The notes beneath the pieces were generated by a model. The model worked only from the letters and a program-made list of their open reading frames with translations. It did no database searches and was not told the DNA's origin. This document shows positions 9,513-19,534 of a stretch of DNA of 64,000 bases, piece after piece. Position numbers and translations under genes: made by a program. Numbering within the stretch: position 1 is the stretch's first letter; every line of letters begins with the position of its first letter. The stretch comes from a virus. The stretch spans positions 1 to 64,000 of the IMG/VR virus record IMGVR_UViG_3300024317_000004; one strand, 5' to 3'.

Positions 9513-9809
9513 TCGAGTGGGGGCAGTCCGATGACAGCGTCCAAAGCGCAGCATGCGCATCATGCCAGCACAGCACGCACGGCCGAGCTCGGCAAGCCAC
9601 AGGGGCGTGGCCAGCGCCACCAACGGGCGCGGTTCATTGCGACACTTCGCGCGCCTATCGAAAACGTGGGCGCGAGAACGGGGCATTCGCACGCCTGCGG
9701 TGCCTACATTTCCATGCAACTGGGTTGCAGTAGCACGAGTCTGGAGGCGTCATGATGGACTACGCCGATTTTCTGCAAAGAAAGCCGTGCCCTACCACGG
9801 ACATTACAA

Positions 9810-10301
9810 ATGCAAAGAAAACCACGCGTAGACCTTATCTGCGCAGAGTGCGGGCTCGAGTTCCAGAGACTCGAGTGCCAATTGGGTCGTGGGCGAGGTC
9901 GGTTTTGCTCGAAGGCCTGCCTAGGAATGTCGAAGCGGCACGGAGATATCTTTCAGTGCGCGCTTTGCGACTCGGCGTTTTACCGAGCGCTGGGCGAGGC
10001 GGACGCGGAGATGAAGTTTTGCTCTCGCGAGTGCTACATGGACTGGCGGGCGCTCTATCGAAGCAAGAGCACCTATCCAAAGATAGGCGGCAGGCACGTG
10101 CATCGTATCGTAGCAGAAGCCGTGCTTGGCCGAAGTCTGACCTCAGACGAAGTGGTTCACCATATCGACGAGGACAGACACAACAATCATCCATCAAACC
10201 TGGCCGTCTTCCCCGATCACGCAACGCATATGCGTTGTCACGCCGGGAGGATGTCCAATGCTGAGTTATCAAGCTTTTCTCTCCAGAAAGTCACAGCTTG
10301 A
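9810..10301 (+). CDS. HNH homing endonuclease with Zn-ribbon repeats
   Basis: Two CxxC...FCSxxC repeats; HRIVAE..LGR.L...EVVHHIDED..NN...NL. Confidence 0.9.
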   Translation: MQRKPRVDLICAECGLEFQRLECQLGRGRGRFCSKACLGMSKRHGDIFQCALCDSAFYRALGEADAEMKFCSRECYMDWRALYRSKSTYPKIGGRHVHRIVAEAVLGRSLTSDEVVHHIDEDRHNNHPSNLAVFPDHATHMRCHAGRMSNAELSSFSLQKVTA

Positions 10302-11655
10302 TGGAGATTTCGGCTTTCCGCCGGCCTACTTGCCTGATCACCTCTTTGATTTTCAGAAGTCGATGGTGGAATGGGCGTGCCGAAAGGGACGAGCTGCGCT
10401 GTTCGAAGATTGCGGACTCGGAAAAACTCTCCAAGAGCTGGTCTGGGCCGAAAACGTCGTTCGGTACACCAATCGCCCGGTCCTTGTTCTCACGCCGCTC
10501 GCAGTTGCCGCGCAGACGGTGCAGGAGGGGGCCAAGTTCGGCATCGAAGTCCGTCGCACGCAGAACGTTTCGGACGCCGGCATCTACGTCACTAACTACG
10601 AGCGATTGCATCACTACGACCCAGCCGACTTCGCAGGGGTCGTTTGCGACGAATCGAGCTGTCTGAAGAACTTCGACGGCAAGACCAAGGCTGCGGTCAC
10701 CGAGTTCATGCGCACGCTGCCCTACCGCTTGCTGTGCACAGCCACGGCCGCGCCGAACGACTACGTTGAGCTTGGCACCTCCTCCGAGGCCCTCGGGTAT
10801 CTGGGGCATCTGGACATGCTCAATCGGTTCTTTGTGAACCAGAACAACACCTCGGATACCAAGGGTCGGTGGCGTGGAATGAGTGCGCCGCGCGCCTACG
10901 AACAGAAGCAGTGGCGTTTCAAAGGGCACGCCGAGCAACCCTTCTGGCGGTGGGTGTGCTCCTGGGCGCGCGCGATTCGCAAGCCCAGTGACTTGGGGTT
11001 CGACGATGCCCAGTTTGCGTTACCTGACCTGGTCGAGCGAGAGCACATCGTCAAGGCACGAGCGCCGCGCGAAGACCCGATCTTCCAGTTCGATCGCGGC
11101 TTGGCCGTCCAGCGCAAGGAGCGCCGGCACACCCTTGAAGAGCGATGCGAGCGGGCCGCCAAGCTGGTCAAAAAGACAGGCCAGCCGGCGGTCTGCTGGG
11201 CCCATCTGAACGATGAAGCAGACCGGCTCGAGGCCCTGATTCCGGACGCGGTGCAGGTCAGCGGCAAGGACTCGGACGGGTCGAAAGAAGAAAAGTTCAC
11301 CGCGTTCGCTTCGGGCCAAGCGCGGGTCATGGTGATCAAGCCGGTTGTCGGAGCCTGGGGATTGAACTGGCAGCACTGCGCGCACGTGGTCGTGTTCGCA
11401 AGCTACAGCTTTGAGCAGTACTACCAGTGCATTCGTCGATGCTGGCGCTTTGGCCAGAAGCGTCCTGTTGTCGTCGGTCACGTGGTTTCGGACGGAGAGG
11501 GCGATGTGCTCGCGGCTCGTCAGCGCAAGGCCGCACAGACCGACGTGATGTTCGGCGAGCTATTGCGCCACATGCGCGAGGGCATGGGCGTTGCGCGCAG
11601 CGCGTACGGAAACAAACACGAGGAGGTGCCACCATGGCTGTGTTCGATCAGGTAA
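10258..11655 (+). CDS. SF2 (SNF2-like) helicase
   Basis: DCGLGKT, TNYE, DESS, TATAAPND, GLNWQH, Q..RRCWRFGQ motifs. Confidence 0.9.
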   Translation: MLSYQAFLSRKSQLDGDFGFPPAYLPDHLFDFQKSMVEWACRKGRAALFEDCGLGKTLQELVWAENVVRYTNRPVLVLTPLAVAAQTVQEGAKFGIEVRRTQNVSDAGIYVTNYERLHHYDPADFAGVVCDESSCLKNFDGKTKAAVTEFMRTLPYRLLCTATAAPNDYVELGTSSEALGYLGHLDMLNRFFVNQNNTSDTKGRWRGMSAPRAYEQKQWRFKGHAEQPFWRWVCSWARAIRKPSDLGFDDAQFALPDLVEREHIVKARAPREDPIFQFDRGLAVQRKERRHTLEERCERAAKLVKKTGQPAVCWAHLNDEADRLEALIPDAVQVSGKDSDGSKEEKFTAFASGQARVMVIKPVVGAWGLNWQHCAHVVVFASYSFEQYYQCIRRCWRFGQKRPVVVGHVVSDGEGDVLAARQRKAAQTDVMFGELLRHMREGMGVARSAYGNKHEEVPPWLCSIR

Positions 11656-12662
11656 TCACGGATCGTTATGGCCTCTATCACGGGGATTGCTGCGAGGTCA
11701 TGGCGCGCCTGCCAGACGCTTGCATTCACCTCTCGGTGTACTCTCCCCCATTTTGTGGGCTCTACCACTATTCGAGCTCGCCGCGCGATCTGTCCAACGC
11801 ACGTAACTACGACGAGTTCTTTGAACACTACGAGATCGTGGTTCGGGAGCTGTTCCGGCTGACCCTACCGGGCCGCATGACGGCCGTGCATTGCATGGAT
11901 GTGCCGAGCGGCAATACCGGCTGCGACCATCGGATCGACTTCCCGGGTGACATCATTCGCATGCACGAGCGGATCGGATTCCGCTACGTCGCACGTTACT
12001 GCATCTGGAAAGAACCGCTCGGGGTTCGCAATCGGACCATGGCCAAGAACTTGGCCCACAAGAGCATCGTCGAGGACAGCTCGCGATGCTCGAACGCGGC
12101 GGCGGATTACCTCCTGGTCTTTCGTCGAAAGGGAGAGAACAAGATCCCGATTGTCCACCCGAACGGACTGACCGAGTACGCGGGCGCACGGGAGATTCCG
12201 AAGGAGCTGCTCGAATACAAAGGCTGGACCGGCAAGCAAACCGAGAATCGGTACAGTCATTGGATTTGGCGACAGTACGCCAGTGCGTTCTGGGATGACG
12301 TTCGCCTTGACCGCGTGTTGCCCTACCGTGAAGCACGCGACTCGGACGATGAGAAGCACGTGCACCCTTTGCAGCTCGATGTGATCGAGCGATGCGTCGT
12401 GCTCTGGTCGAACCCGAAAGAACGTGTGCTCACACCATTCGCAGGCGTTGGGTCCGAAGTCTGCGTCCCTGTAGATCTGGATCGTTTCGCAATCGGGATC
12501 GAGCTGAAGGGCTCGTACTTCAAGCAATCGGTGCGGAATGCAGCCGACTTCTCTGGGCACGCTTCCAAGAAAGAAAAGAAGACCCCGGGCAAAGCACGGA
12601 CGGCTACTTCGCCCACCATCGGCCAACTCGATCTGCCCATCTTCGAAAAGAAAAGCGCGTAG
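11634..12662 (+). CDS. DNA amino-methyltransferase (N4-C/N6-A, beta class)
   Basis: Catalytic SPPF near the N-terminus; VLTPFAGVGS SAM-binding motif near the C-terminus; AGGAGG RBS. Confidence 0.9.
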   Translation: MAVFDQVITDRYGLYHGDCCEVMARLPDACIHLSVYSPPFCGLYHYSSSPRDLSNARNYDEFFEHYEIVVRELFRLTLPGRMTAVHCMDVPSGNTGCDHRIDFPGDIIRMHERIGFRYVARYCIWKEPLGVRNRTMAKNLAHKSIVEDSSRCSNAAADYLLVFRRKGENKIPIVHPNGLTEYAGAREIPKELLEYKGWTGKQTENRYSHWIWRQYASAFWDDVRLDRVLPYREARDSDDEKHVHPLQLDVIERCVVLWSNPKERVLTPFAGVGSEVCVPVDLDRFAIGIELKGSYFKQSVRNAADFSGHASKKEKKTPGKARTATSPTIGQLDLPIFEKKSA

Positions 12663-12666
12663 CCCG

Positions 12667-13080
12667 ATGCCCACCAAGTCCAAGTGGAAGCAACAGGACC
12701 TCTTCGCGCACAACCAGCCACCGGGGCACGCCGCGCCCAAGCCAGAGGTCAATGTTGCCAAATACGCTGGGCGTGCACTCGCGCTGTTCAAAGCCTTACG
12801 AGACCAGGCCTATCGCTCCGCGCTGACGCACCTCGGACACGAGGAAGCCTGGCGGATCACTCGGAAGGCGCACGAGGACTTCGCAACTGCTGTTCGGCGC
12901 ATTGCCAAGGCCTCGGACCTAAGGCTGCTACAAGGCTCGGTGCCGGCGTCTCTGAAAGAGAGTGCCGGCGATGAAATCGTACGCTGTCTGAAAGCCGCCG
13001 GCGGTGACGATCTTTCTGTGCAGGCTGCCAAGCGCGCGGTCGACACGCTGGACAAGCTCGCGTGGAGGAAGCTCGCGTGA
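12667..13080 (+). CDS. Hypothetical protein
   Basis: ORF directly after the methylase; QQDLF resembles a beta-clamp-binding motif. Confidence 0.55.
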   Translation: MPTKSKWKQQDLFAHNQPPGHAAPKPEVNVAKYAGRALALFKALRDQAYRSALTHLGHEEAWRITRKAHEDFATAVRRIAKASDLRLLQGSVPASLKESAGDEIVRCLKAAGGDDLSVQAAKRAVDTLDKLAWRKLA

Positions 13081-13281
13081 CCCGCCTCTGGCTCACCCTC
13101 TCACTCTGGTTCGGCCGCGCGAAAGCCTGGTGCTCACGCAAGTCGCGGGAGGTGTCGCGATGAAGCCGCCGCTCTGGCAATTCGTCATCGTGGTGATCGC
13201 GGGCCTCGTGATCGGCTGGAAGCTCGATGACTGCCGCCATGTTCGCGATCCGCAGCCGGCGATCATGCCGGGAGGGTTGCC

Positions 13282-13527
13282 GTGAGGAAGCCGTCGGATC
13301 CAAACTGGGAGCAGTCACTGCGGTACACTGTCCGTCTTCGCTGGTCCGAAGAGGACGGCGAGTTCATCGCAACCTGCGAGGAATTCCCGAGCCTGTCGTT
13401 TCTTCACACAGATCAGTGGTACGCGCTGAGTGGCCTGCGCAAGCTGATCTGCGACGTATTGCGAGATATGCGGACCGCGGGAGAAACGCCGCCACAACCG
13501 GCGATCGCGCCAGGGGGGCTGCCATGA
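13282..13527 (+). CDS. HicB-like protein (orphan)
   Basis: YTVRLRWSEEDGEFIATCEEFPSLS...AL.GL......GE.PPQP; no adjacent hicA. Confidence 0.75.
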   Translation: MRKPSDPNWEQSLRYTVRLRWSEEDGEFIATCEEFPSLSFLHTDQWYALSGLRKLICDVLRDMRTAGETPPQPAIAPGGLP

Positions 13528-13659
13528 AGTTCGCGCTCAACCTGCTCCACCACCTCGCGTACCGCGGCTACCGGCTGTGTCGGTACAGGCCGTCGCGAGA
13601 GATCTTCTTACGCGTCATGCAGTGGGTCTGGCTTGAGCAGATCCGTAGAGCGAGCCGCC

Positions 13660-13857
13660 ATGACTAACCGCGAACTCCGCATCGTCGCCATCCAAGTCGA
13701 CGGCCTCGCGCACTACGACGTGCGGTACTGGCGCCGCCGTGGCCCGCTGTTTGTGCCGGAGAAACGCTACGTCGTGATCGACGGGCGGGACCTGGACGCG
13801 TTGGTGCACGGCCTGTGGCAGGTGCAGCGAGCGATGGCGGCACTCGGGAGGCGCTAA
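13660..13857 (+). CDS. Hypothetical protein
   Basis: Coupled small ORF. Confidence 0.5.
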   Translation: MTNRELRIVAIQVDGLAHYDVRYWRRRGPLFVPEKRYVVIDGRDLDALVHGLWQVQRAMAALGRR

Positions 13858-14063
13858 TGATTGACGCGCCTGTAATCAAACTTCGTTGCGGGAACGACAT
13901 CGCGAGACCTGATCCGAGTGCCGGACATCTTCGCGTGGACATTGGACAGCCGATTGCTCCGGGCGTTCTGAGTCGCCTGCTCCGGGTGCTCGACAAGTGC
14001 CCATGCGGTTGCGTGATGGCCTTCCTGCGCGACGGCGAGCGCGATCCGTGGGGGCAGACGTAA
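13857..14063 (+). CDS. Hypothetical protein
   Basis: TAATG coupling on both sides. Confidence 0.5.
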   Translation: MIDAPVIKLRCGNDIARPDPSAGHLRVDIGQPIAPGVLSRLLRVLDKCPCGCVMAFLRDGERDPWGQT

Positions 14064-14299
14064 TGGCCGGCTGGAATCGCTACATCCCTGGTAGCAGGGC
14101 ACGGCATCCGGCGCTGACGAATCGCGAGGAGCTACTCCGCGTGCTCGACCGATACGACTGGCAACCGACGCTTGCCGCGAAGTCCATGGGTATCTCCAGG
14201 GTCACGGTGGTGCGCCGGCTCAAGGAACTCGCGCCCGATGTGGTCGCAGCGAAACAAGCGCAGGGCCTGCTGCTTGGAAGGGATGGCAAGGCGCTGTGA
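14063..14299 (+). CDS. Fis-type HTH protein
   Basis: LLRVLDRYDWQPTLAAKSMGISRVTVVRRLKE. Confidence 0.75.
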   Translation: MAGWNRYIPGSRARHPALTNREELLRVLDRYDWQPTLAAKSMGISRVTVVRRLKELAPDVVAAKQAQGLLLGRDGKAL

Positions 14300-14658
14300 G
14301 CTGGCGTGTGGACATCGATGGCATGCGGTTGCGCTCGCTTAATGAACTCTTACGCATGAACCCCAAGGCTCGCGCACGGCTGGTGGCCAAGGAGCGTGAG
14401 CAAGTGTGCGTCATGCTGCTGGGCAAGATCGGGCTGACACCGCCGCGGTTGCCGCTTGTGGTGACGATCGTGCGCATCGGGCCCAAGGCGCTCGATGGCG
14501 ACAATCTGCAGGGTAGCGCGAAGGGTGTGCGGGACGAAGTCGCGAGGTACTTGGGTGTCGACGATGCGGACACTGAGACGCGCGTGACGTGGCGGTACGC
14601 GCAGGAGAAGTCGCGAGGGTACGGGGTGCGGGTGGAGATTGCGGAGGAGGGTCGTTAA
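14296..14658 (+). CDS. RusA-like Holliday junction resolvase
   Basis: LDGDNL...AKGVRD....LGVDD catalytic Asp pattern. Confidence 0.7.
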   Translation: MSWRVDIDGMRLRSLNELLRMNPKARARLVAKEREQVCVMLLGKIGLTPPRLPLVVTIVRIGPKALDGDNLQGSAKGVRDEVARYLGVDDADTETRVTWRYAQEKSRGYGVRVEIAEEGR

Positions 14659-15494
14659 TGAAACACAGGAATCGTTTCTCTCAACCCAGGCCAGTGTCGT
14701 CGCCAACGAACGCCATGAAGGCAATGCTTCTGGATGCGCGAGAGGCCATGCAGAAGTACTACGAAGCCGAGATTGATCGCGGGAATCGTAACGAATGGAT
14801 CGCGTTTATCATCGCGCAGAACGACGCTTGTACCAGGCTCTGTATGCCCATTGAGAAGGCGCCACCAGAATTGAGGGGGAGTCTCATCAAAACGAAGCAC
14901 GGAGACGCGCTGGTTGCCTCAATCCCATCGCTAGTCTTCGACAATCCAGCCGTTCTTGAGCATCCATACTTTTCGCCGATCAGGAAGCTCAATCGGAGCG
15001 CAATCGGCAACGACCTTCTGGTTTGTGTCTACGCATTCGGCCAGGTGTTCGCTGGAGCGCTCAAACGAGACTTCGGAATCATGTTGCTCCGACTCGGAAT
15101 GGACCAACGGCAGGCAGATATGATGGAGGAATTCCACCAAAAGATGATCCCCAATCTCCGTCAGATGCTAGTGATTGATTCCAGAGAGCTTGGCATTCCG
15201 CCAAATCAGGTCGCCTACTACATCGGCGTGGCTCGGAGTCGCGACGGGAGAATCTCTCTCACTCGGACCGACTTTGAAACCTCGTCAGGAGAGATCCTGA
15301 CCTTTGCCGATACCTATTCGCTAGACCGACTCAGAAAGGTGTTTTCGGAGGAATTCCCCGTGACGCGCGAAGCTTTGGAGTTACCGGTCGAGAGTGGATA
15401 CTTTCGAGTATTCGCCCAGTTCCTGGGCATGCTGAACGTCTGCGACTTCCCGATTGTCGAGATTCCGCCGCATCGAGGCGCACGTGCACATTGA
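14658..15494 (+). CDS. Hypothetical protein (278 aa), locally lower GC
   Basis: Long ORF with TAATG coupling; no recognisable motif. Confidence 0.65.
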   Translation: MKHRNRFSQPRPVSSPTNAMKAMLLDAREAMQKYYEAEIDRGNRNEWIAFIIAQNDACTRLCMPIEKAPPELRGSLIKTKHGDALVASIPSLVFDNPAVLEHPYFSPIRKLNRSAIGNDLLVCVYAFGQVFAGALKRDFGIMLLRLGMDQRQADMMEEFHQKMIPNLRQMLVIDSRELGIPPNQVAYYIGVARSRDGRISLTRTDFETSSGEILTFADTYSLDRLRKVFSEEFPVTREALELPVESGYFRVFAQFLGMLNVCDFPIVEIPPHRGARAH

Positions 15495-15616
15495 TTGCGC
15501 GACCACAGAAACAAACGGCCCGGATGCAGGAACATCCGAGCCGCTACACGAGGAACAGTGAGTCGAATGGATAGCAGTGAGAGGCCTGAGAAGCAAGTGC
15601 GGAGGGCAAGCGAGCC

Positions 15617-16042
15617 GTGAACCGAAGGAAGCATGTAGATCCGATTCGAGCTCGCGCAATGCCTCTGGAGCGGTTCCCGAGTGACATGCGCGAGAGAATC
15701 ATGGATCTCGTCGCGCTCCCGTACCCTCCAGCGCGCTGGATCTACGTATGCGACGGACTCGCCGCGTTGCCGTCTCGTGCCTGGTACGAATGGTACTGGC
15801 AACGTGGCCTTCGTCCAGAGCGCGAAAGAATCCCGGAGACGCTACGAATCGCTGTCATCGAGCGCGATGGGACCGTGTGTGGCATCTGCAATGGACGTGT
15901 CCCGCGCGATGACGTTCACATTGATCACATTACGCCGGTAGTTCGCGGTGGCCCAACGACACTCAAGAATCTTCGAGTCACGCACTCGCGCTGCAACCTC
16001 CGCAAGGGAGCGCGCGCTCCAGAGGAGTGTGAGCGCCCGTGA
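15617..16042 (+). CDS. HNH endonuclease
   Basis: RDG..CGIC...HIDHITPVVRGG.T...NL...H..CNLRKG. Confidence 0.9.
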   Translation: MNRRKHVDPIRARAMPLERFPSDMRERIMDLVALPYPPARWIYVCDGLAALPSRAWYEWYWQRGLRPERERIPETLRIAVIERDGTVCGICNGRVPRDDVHIDHITPVVRGGPTTLKNLRVTHSRCNLRKGARAPEECERP

Positions 16043-17187
16043 AGTACAAGCATCAAACTTGGCGTAAATTGTACATCAAGGAAGAGGGTGCTTTTGCGAA
16101 GCTCCCGTTCACCGCACGTGCCTACGCGAAACAGCTCATGCTTCTCTGTGATGGTGCGGGTCGGATTCATGTGGGCAATGGAGACGACTGCGTCAAGCTA
16201 CTCGTAGAGACGGCTGGATTCCGTATCGGTGCCACGCGTGGAGACCGTCGGATGATGAGCACGATGTTCCCTATGCTCTTCGAAGAGGGCTACCTGGTTC
16301 ATCGAAGTCCTTACGTTGTCATTCGAAACTTTGTAGCAGCTCAGCGCAAGTGGTCCGACGACGAAGAACAACCCCCCGGCTCTGACGATTCGTCCACGAT
16401 CGTTCCACCATCCAGCAATGAAGCTGCAGCGAACCCACCACGAACCGGTAATGAAGCTGCAACGACCGAGCAACGACCGAGCAATGACGGTGCAACGAAC
16501 GGGGAACGAACGGGGAACGAACCGACCACTGAACAAGAGCTAAGTACGCTAAATCATTCAGATGACGTTGCTAGCGCGCACACGCGCGCGCTCAGTTCTG
16601 ATCTGAGTAGTTCTGATCTGAGTAGTTTTGAGATGAAGGGGGTGCAGGGGGAACAACAGCAGCCGATCGATAAGCCAGAGACCGATCCGGCAATCACTCC
16701 GGCATCTGGCGATGCCTCCGCGCCGCACAAAAAAACAAAGCGCCGAAAGCCCAAAGCCCCTGCCCCGGAAGTCCCGATCCCTGAACCGGGCACGGTTGCC
16801 AGGTCAGTCTACGACGCGATCGTTAACGACCCGATCCTGGGACCGATCACGGCAGGCCCTGCTGACTTCGCCGTACGCATCACTCACCCGGACGCATACC
16901 CAGGCGTCAACGTGCTGGCGGAAGTCCTACGCGCCGCAGAGCACTACGCTCGCGGCAAGCGGGTCTACACCGATGGCCGCAGAACGCTTGCCAACTGGCT
17001 TCGCGGCGAGGCCGAAAAAGAAGCCAGTCGGCCCAAGCCAACTCCGAACCAACTAGCGCTTGGAGCCAAGAAAACCAAAGGCCCGCTTGATCCAGCACCC
17101 GCGAGCAAGTTCACGCGACCCGGCGAATCGTACGACCCGTTCAGTTTGTACAACGCCGATGGCAGCCCGAAGGGAGCGACGCAGTGA
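16039..17187 (+). CDS. Phage replication initiator (O/DnaD-like)
   Basis: Upstream of a DnaC-like ATPase; central low-complexity linker with DNA repeats; C-terminal ...RRTLANWL. Confidence 0.65.
   Translation: MKYKHQTWRKLYIKEEGAFAKLPFTARAYAKQLMLLCDGAGRIHVGNGDDCVKLLVETAGFRIGATRGDRRMMSTMFPMLFEEGYLVHRSPYVVIRNFVAAQRKWSDDEEQPPGSDDSSTIVPPSSNEAAANPPRTGNEAATTEQRPSNDGATNGERTGNEPTTEQELSTLNHSDDVASAHTRALSSDLSSSDLSSFEMKGVQGEQQQPIDKPETDPAITPASGDASAPHKKTKRRKPKAPAPEVPIPEPGTVARSVYDAIVNDPILGPITAGPADFAVRITHPDAYPGVNVLAEVLRAAEHYARGKRVYTDGRRTLANWLRGEAEKEASRPKPTPNQLALGAKKTKGPLDPAPASKFTRPGESYDPFSLYNADGSPKGATQ
16414..16635 (+). repeat. Iteron-like repeats, candidate replication origin
   Basis: AATGAAGCTGCA x2, CAACGACCGAG x2, AACGAACGGGG x2, AGTTCTGATCTGAGT x2 (16594-16623) plus a partial third copy. 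Confidence 0.6.
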
Positions 17188-17945
17188 GCGACCCCAAGCC
17201 CCTCTCGGAACTAATCGCCCTGATGGAACGTGTGTTTCAGAAGGCCGCGGAGTTGGACCAGACGCCAGAGGGTCAGGCCCATCGCGCTACGTACTTCGCC
17301 GGCGAAACACGACGACGTCAGCAGCAGTTGATTACAGCAGCGGAAGAGCGGGGCATTCCCTGCGAGGCTAGCATTCGGAACGTACTGCTTCAGGAACAAC
17401 CCTTCCCGACGCAAGCCATGACTGCAGTTCAGCGAGCACTGCAGTGGCGTCTTGACCAACCAACAGCCGCCGGATCCCGTCAGCCAGTCTGTATTGTGCT
17501 GGGTGGACCTCCGGGGAACGGGAAAACCACGGCGCTGTCATGGGCCGTGGCACGTCACGACAGACCCGCGACCTATGTCACCTCTGCGGTGATTGCATCC
17601 ACCCTGCGCAACGGATGGAGTGAGAACGAAGAGCGCTGGCGACGTTGGGGATCAGTAGATCTTCTCGCCGTCGACGAGTTGGGTCTGGAGGACGGCAGCG
17701 AAGGGGCGGCACGAGTAGGCGCGCTCATCGCCCAGCGCAATGACCATGGCCGCGCGACGTTCTGCGCTGGCAATCTCGACGCGCCGACCTTCATCGCACG
17801 CTACGGAAACACCCGGCTCAACTCACGACTGCGCTACGGACAGTCCCGCAACGGAGACGCGAACGGTCTTCCGTGGTGGACCGATCTTAGCGACTGCGAT
17901 CTACGCAACCCTGCCAACCGATCCGCTTTCATGGAGCAACCGTGA
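17184..17945 (+). CDS. DnaC/IstB-like AAA+ helicase loader
   Basis: Walker A GPPGNGKT, Walker B LLAVDELG, and SRL motif. Confidence 0.85.
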   Translation: MSDPKPLSELIALMERVFQKAAELDQTPEGQAHRATYFAGETRRRQQQLITAAEERGIPCEASIRNVLLQEQPFPTQAMTAVQRALQWRLDQPTAAGSRQPVCIVLGGPPGNGKTTALSWAVARHDRPATYVTSAVIASTLRNGWSENEERWRRWGSVDLLAVDELGLEDGSEGAARVGALIAQRNDHGRATFCAGNLDAPTFIARYGNTRLNSRLRYGQSRNGDANGLPWWTDLSDCDLRNPANRSAFMEQP

Positions 17946-18172
17946 CCCGCGCCGAACCCAGCACCGTCCAAGTTCGCCTGAACATCCCGCTCGACCAGTT
18001 GTGTCGTGACCTGATGGCACAGCGCGACGAGTGCCAGATCACCAACAGCTTGCTGTGGGAGGCCGTCGTGGCCGCGCGCGAGTACGTTGATGGCTTGAGC
18101 GGTTGTCGAGATAACGTTAACGCGCGCTTCGATGCGCTCTGTGCGGCCCTCAAGCGACTGGAGGCGCTGTGA
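17942..18172 (+). CDS. Hypothetical protein
   Basis: Coupled ORF. Confidence 0.5.
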   Translation: MTRAEPSTVQVRLNIPLDQLCRDLMAQRDECQITNSLLWEAVVAAREYVDGLSGCRDNVNARFDALCAALKRLEAL

Positions 18173-18438
18173 CCCCCGCCGAGTTCTGCGCCATCCGCGA
18201 GACCCGTTACGTCAAACCCGTGGCCATGGCCGTTGACCTGGGCATCTCAGAGACCACGGTGCTGAACTACGAGCGTGGGAAATTCCCCGTGCCCGAGCGC
18301 ATCGAAGAGCGGCTGCGGTACGGCGTGGGTGGCCCTTGCCCTCGGTGCAGACGAACGATCACCACCGCGTGGCACGACGGGTTGTGCGGGGGATGCAGCG
18401 CCCTCGTGTTGCCGGAGGCATGCGACCATGCTCGCTGA
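18169..18438 (+). CDS. HTH plus Zn-ribbon protein
   Basis: MAVDLGISETTVLNYERG; CPRC...CGGC. Confidence 0.65.
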   Translation: MTPAEFCAIRETRYVKPVAMAVDLGISETTVLNYERGKFPVPERIEERLRYGVGGPCPRCRRTITTAWHDGLCGGCSALVLPEACDHAR

Positions 18439-18645
18439 CCTCATGCCGTTTATCCCCCGTGACCCAGCGTTCGATGGCCTGAGACGTGTCTGGGACAAGT
18501 ACCGGCGCTACGGCAAAACGGCACCGCCAGGGCCTTCCTTGGGCCAAGGACAGGGGTCTGTGGCTACCGAGGCAGATGAAGGCCGTAGCGGGGCGGCTGG
18601 GCCTGTTTCCTTGCCGGTTGACGAAACGCGAAAGCGGGGGCAGTC

Positions 18646-19191
18646 GTGATCGTCACCGCCCCCACCCTGCCTGTGACCCCACAGGTCACCGCGTTCGTGT
18701 ACGAGCTATTTGCTTACCATTTGTCGGAAGCCCGGGCCGAAACGTCAGCGACTCGGTCACTGCCCTCCACGGCCTTGCCAGCAATCTTCGCGGCGGAACT
18801 CGGTTGCGTTGGCAGCGGCAACGATGGCACCAAGCCCGTCATCGGCATCGTGAACGACCCGGAGCTACGCCAGCGCATCGAGCGCGATCCCTTGGGCCAT
18901 CGGCGCTACCAGAGCCTCACGGGGCGTGATCGACTCACCGCGGATGCTGTACACTTCGACGGCAAGGGCGTGGTCATCGCCGACGTCACGTTCGACAAGC
19001 GCGTGATCTCGTGCACCTTGGCACAGCGTGTTGCGTTCCAGGTGGCCGAGACGATGGATGCCAAGCGTTACTGCCGATGGTTGGGCAAGATCGCCGCGAA
19101 GGACTCAGCGCCCGCGTTGATCGACTCCGAGGCCTTCGGGAGCGAGTGCCTTACGAGTGCGGCCAAGGCGTGGTTTGCGATTAGCGCTTGA
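18646..19191 (+). CDS. Hypothetical protein, last gene of the early-right operon (possible late regulator)
   Basis: 181-aa ORF; function suggested by position only. Confidence 0.5.
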   Translation: MIVTAPTLPVTPQVTAFVYELFAYHLSEARAETSATRSLPSTALPAIFAAELGCVGSGNDGTKPVIGIVNDPELRQRIERDPLGHRRYQSLTGRDRLTADAVHFDGKGVVIADVTFDKRVISCTLAQRVAFQVAETMDAKRYCRWLGKIAAKDSAPALIDSEAFGSECLTSAAKAWFAISA

Positions 19192-19531
19192 GGGGACGAA
19201 CAGGCGCCTTAGAACCAGGGACCATCGGCCGCAATGGCATTGGCACCGAGCCCGGCGAGGGGCGCATGTACAGGTCTTGCAGCGAAACGCATTGATCGTC
19301 TTCGCTCACTGTGAAATACACGGTCACAGCTGGAAAGGCGCCAAGTGGCTGCGTGGGAAGAGCGCGCAAGATGCCCGCCTGCGTCGGGCGGATCGCCGGA
19401 TAGCGTGATAGGTCACGATCGTGGGCCAATGCCCACTTCACAGCCTCAAGCCTGGCATCGGAACGTTCTGTTGAGCCAAAGAAACGTTCGGCTACCGCGG
19501 CGAACCATGGCTCTTCGCGCAGAGTGCGCAT
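19181..19531 (-). CDS. Putative toxin (RelE/ParE-like pattern) paired with the Panacea antitoxin
   Basis: Starts 3 nt after the antitoxin stop; strand-helix-helix then VTVYFTV...VSL strands. Confidence 0.5.
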   Translation of the reverse strand: MRTLREEPWFAAVAERFFGSTERSDARLEAVKWALAHDRDLSRYPAIRPTQAGILRALPTQPLGAFPAVTVYFTVSEDDQCVSLQDLYMRPSPGSVPMPLRPMVPGSKAPVRPLKR

Positions 19532-19534
19532 GAG

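Noticed and set aside
10258-12662. Helicase plus methylase as a restriction or defence system
   Set aside because: This pair is common in phage early regions, and no restriction or specificity subunit is present.
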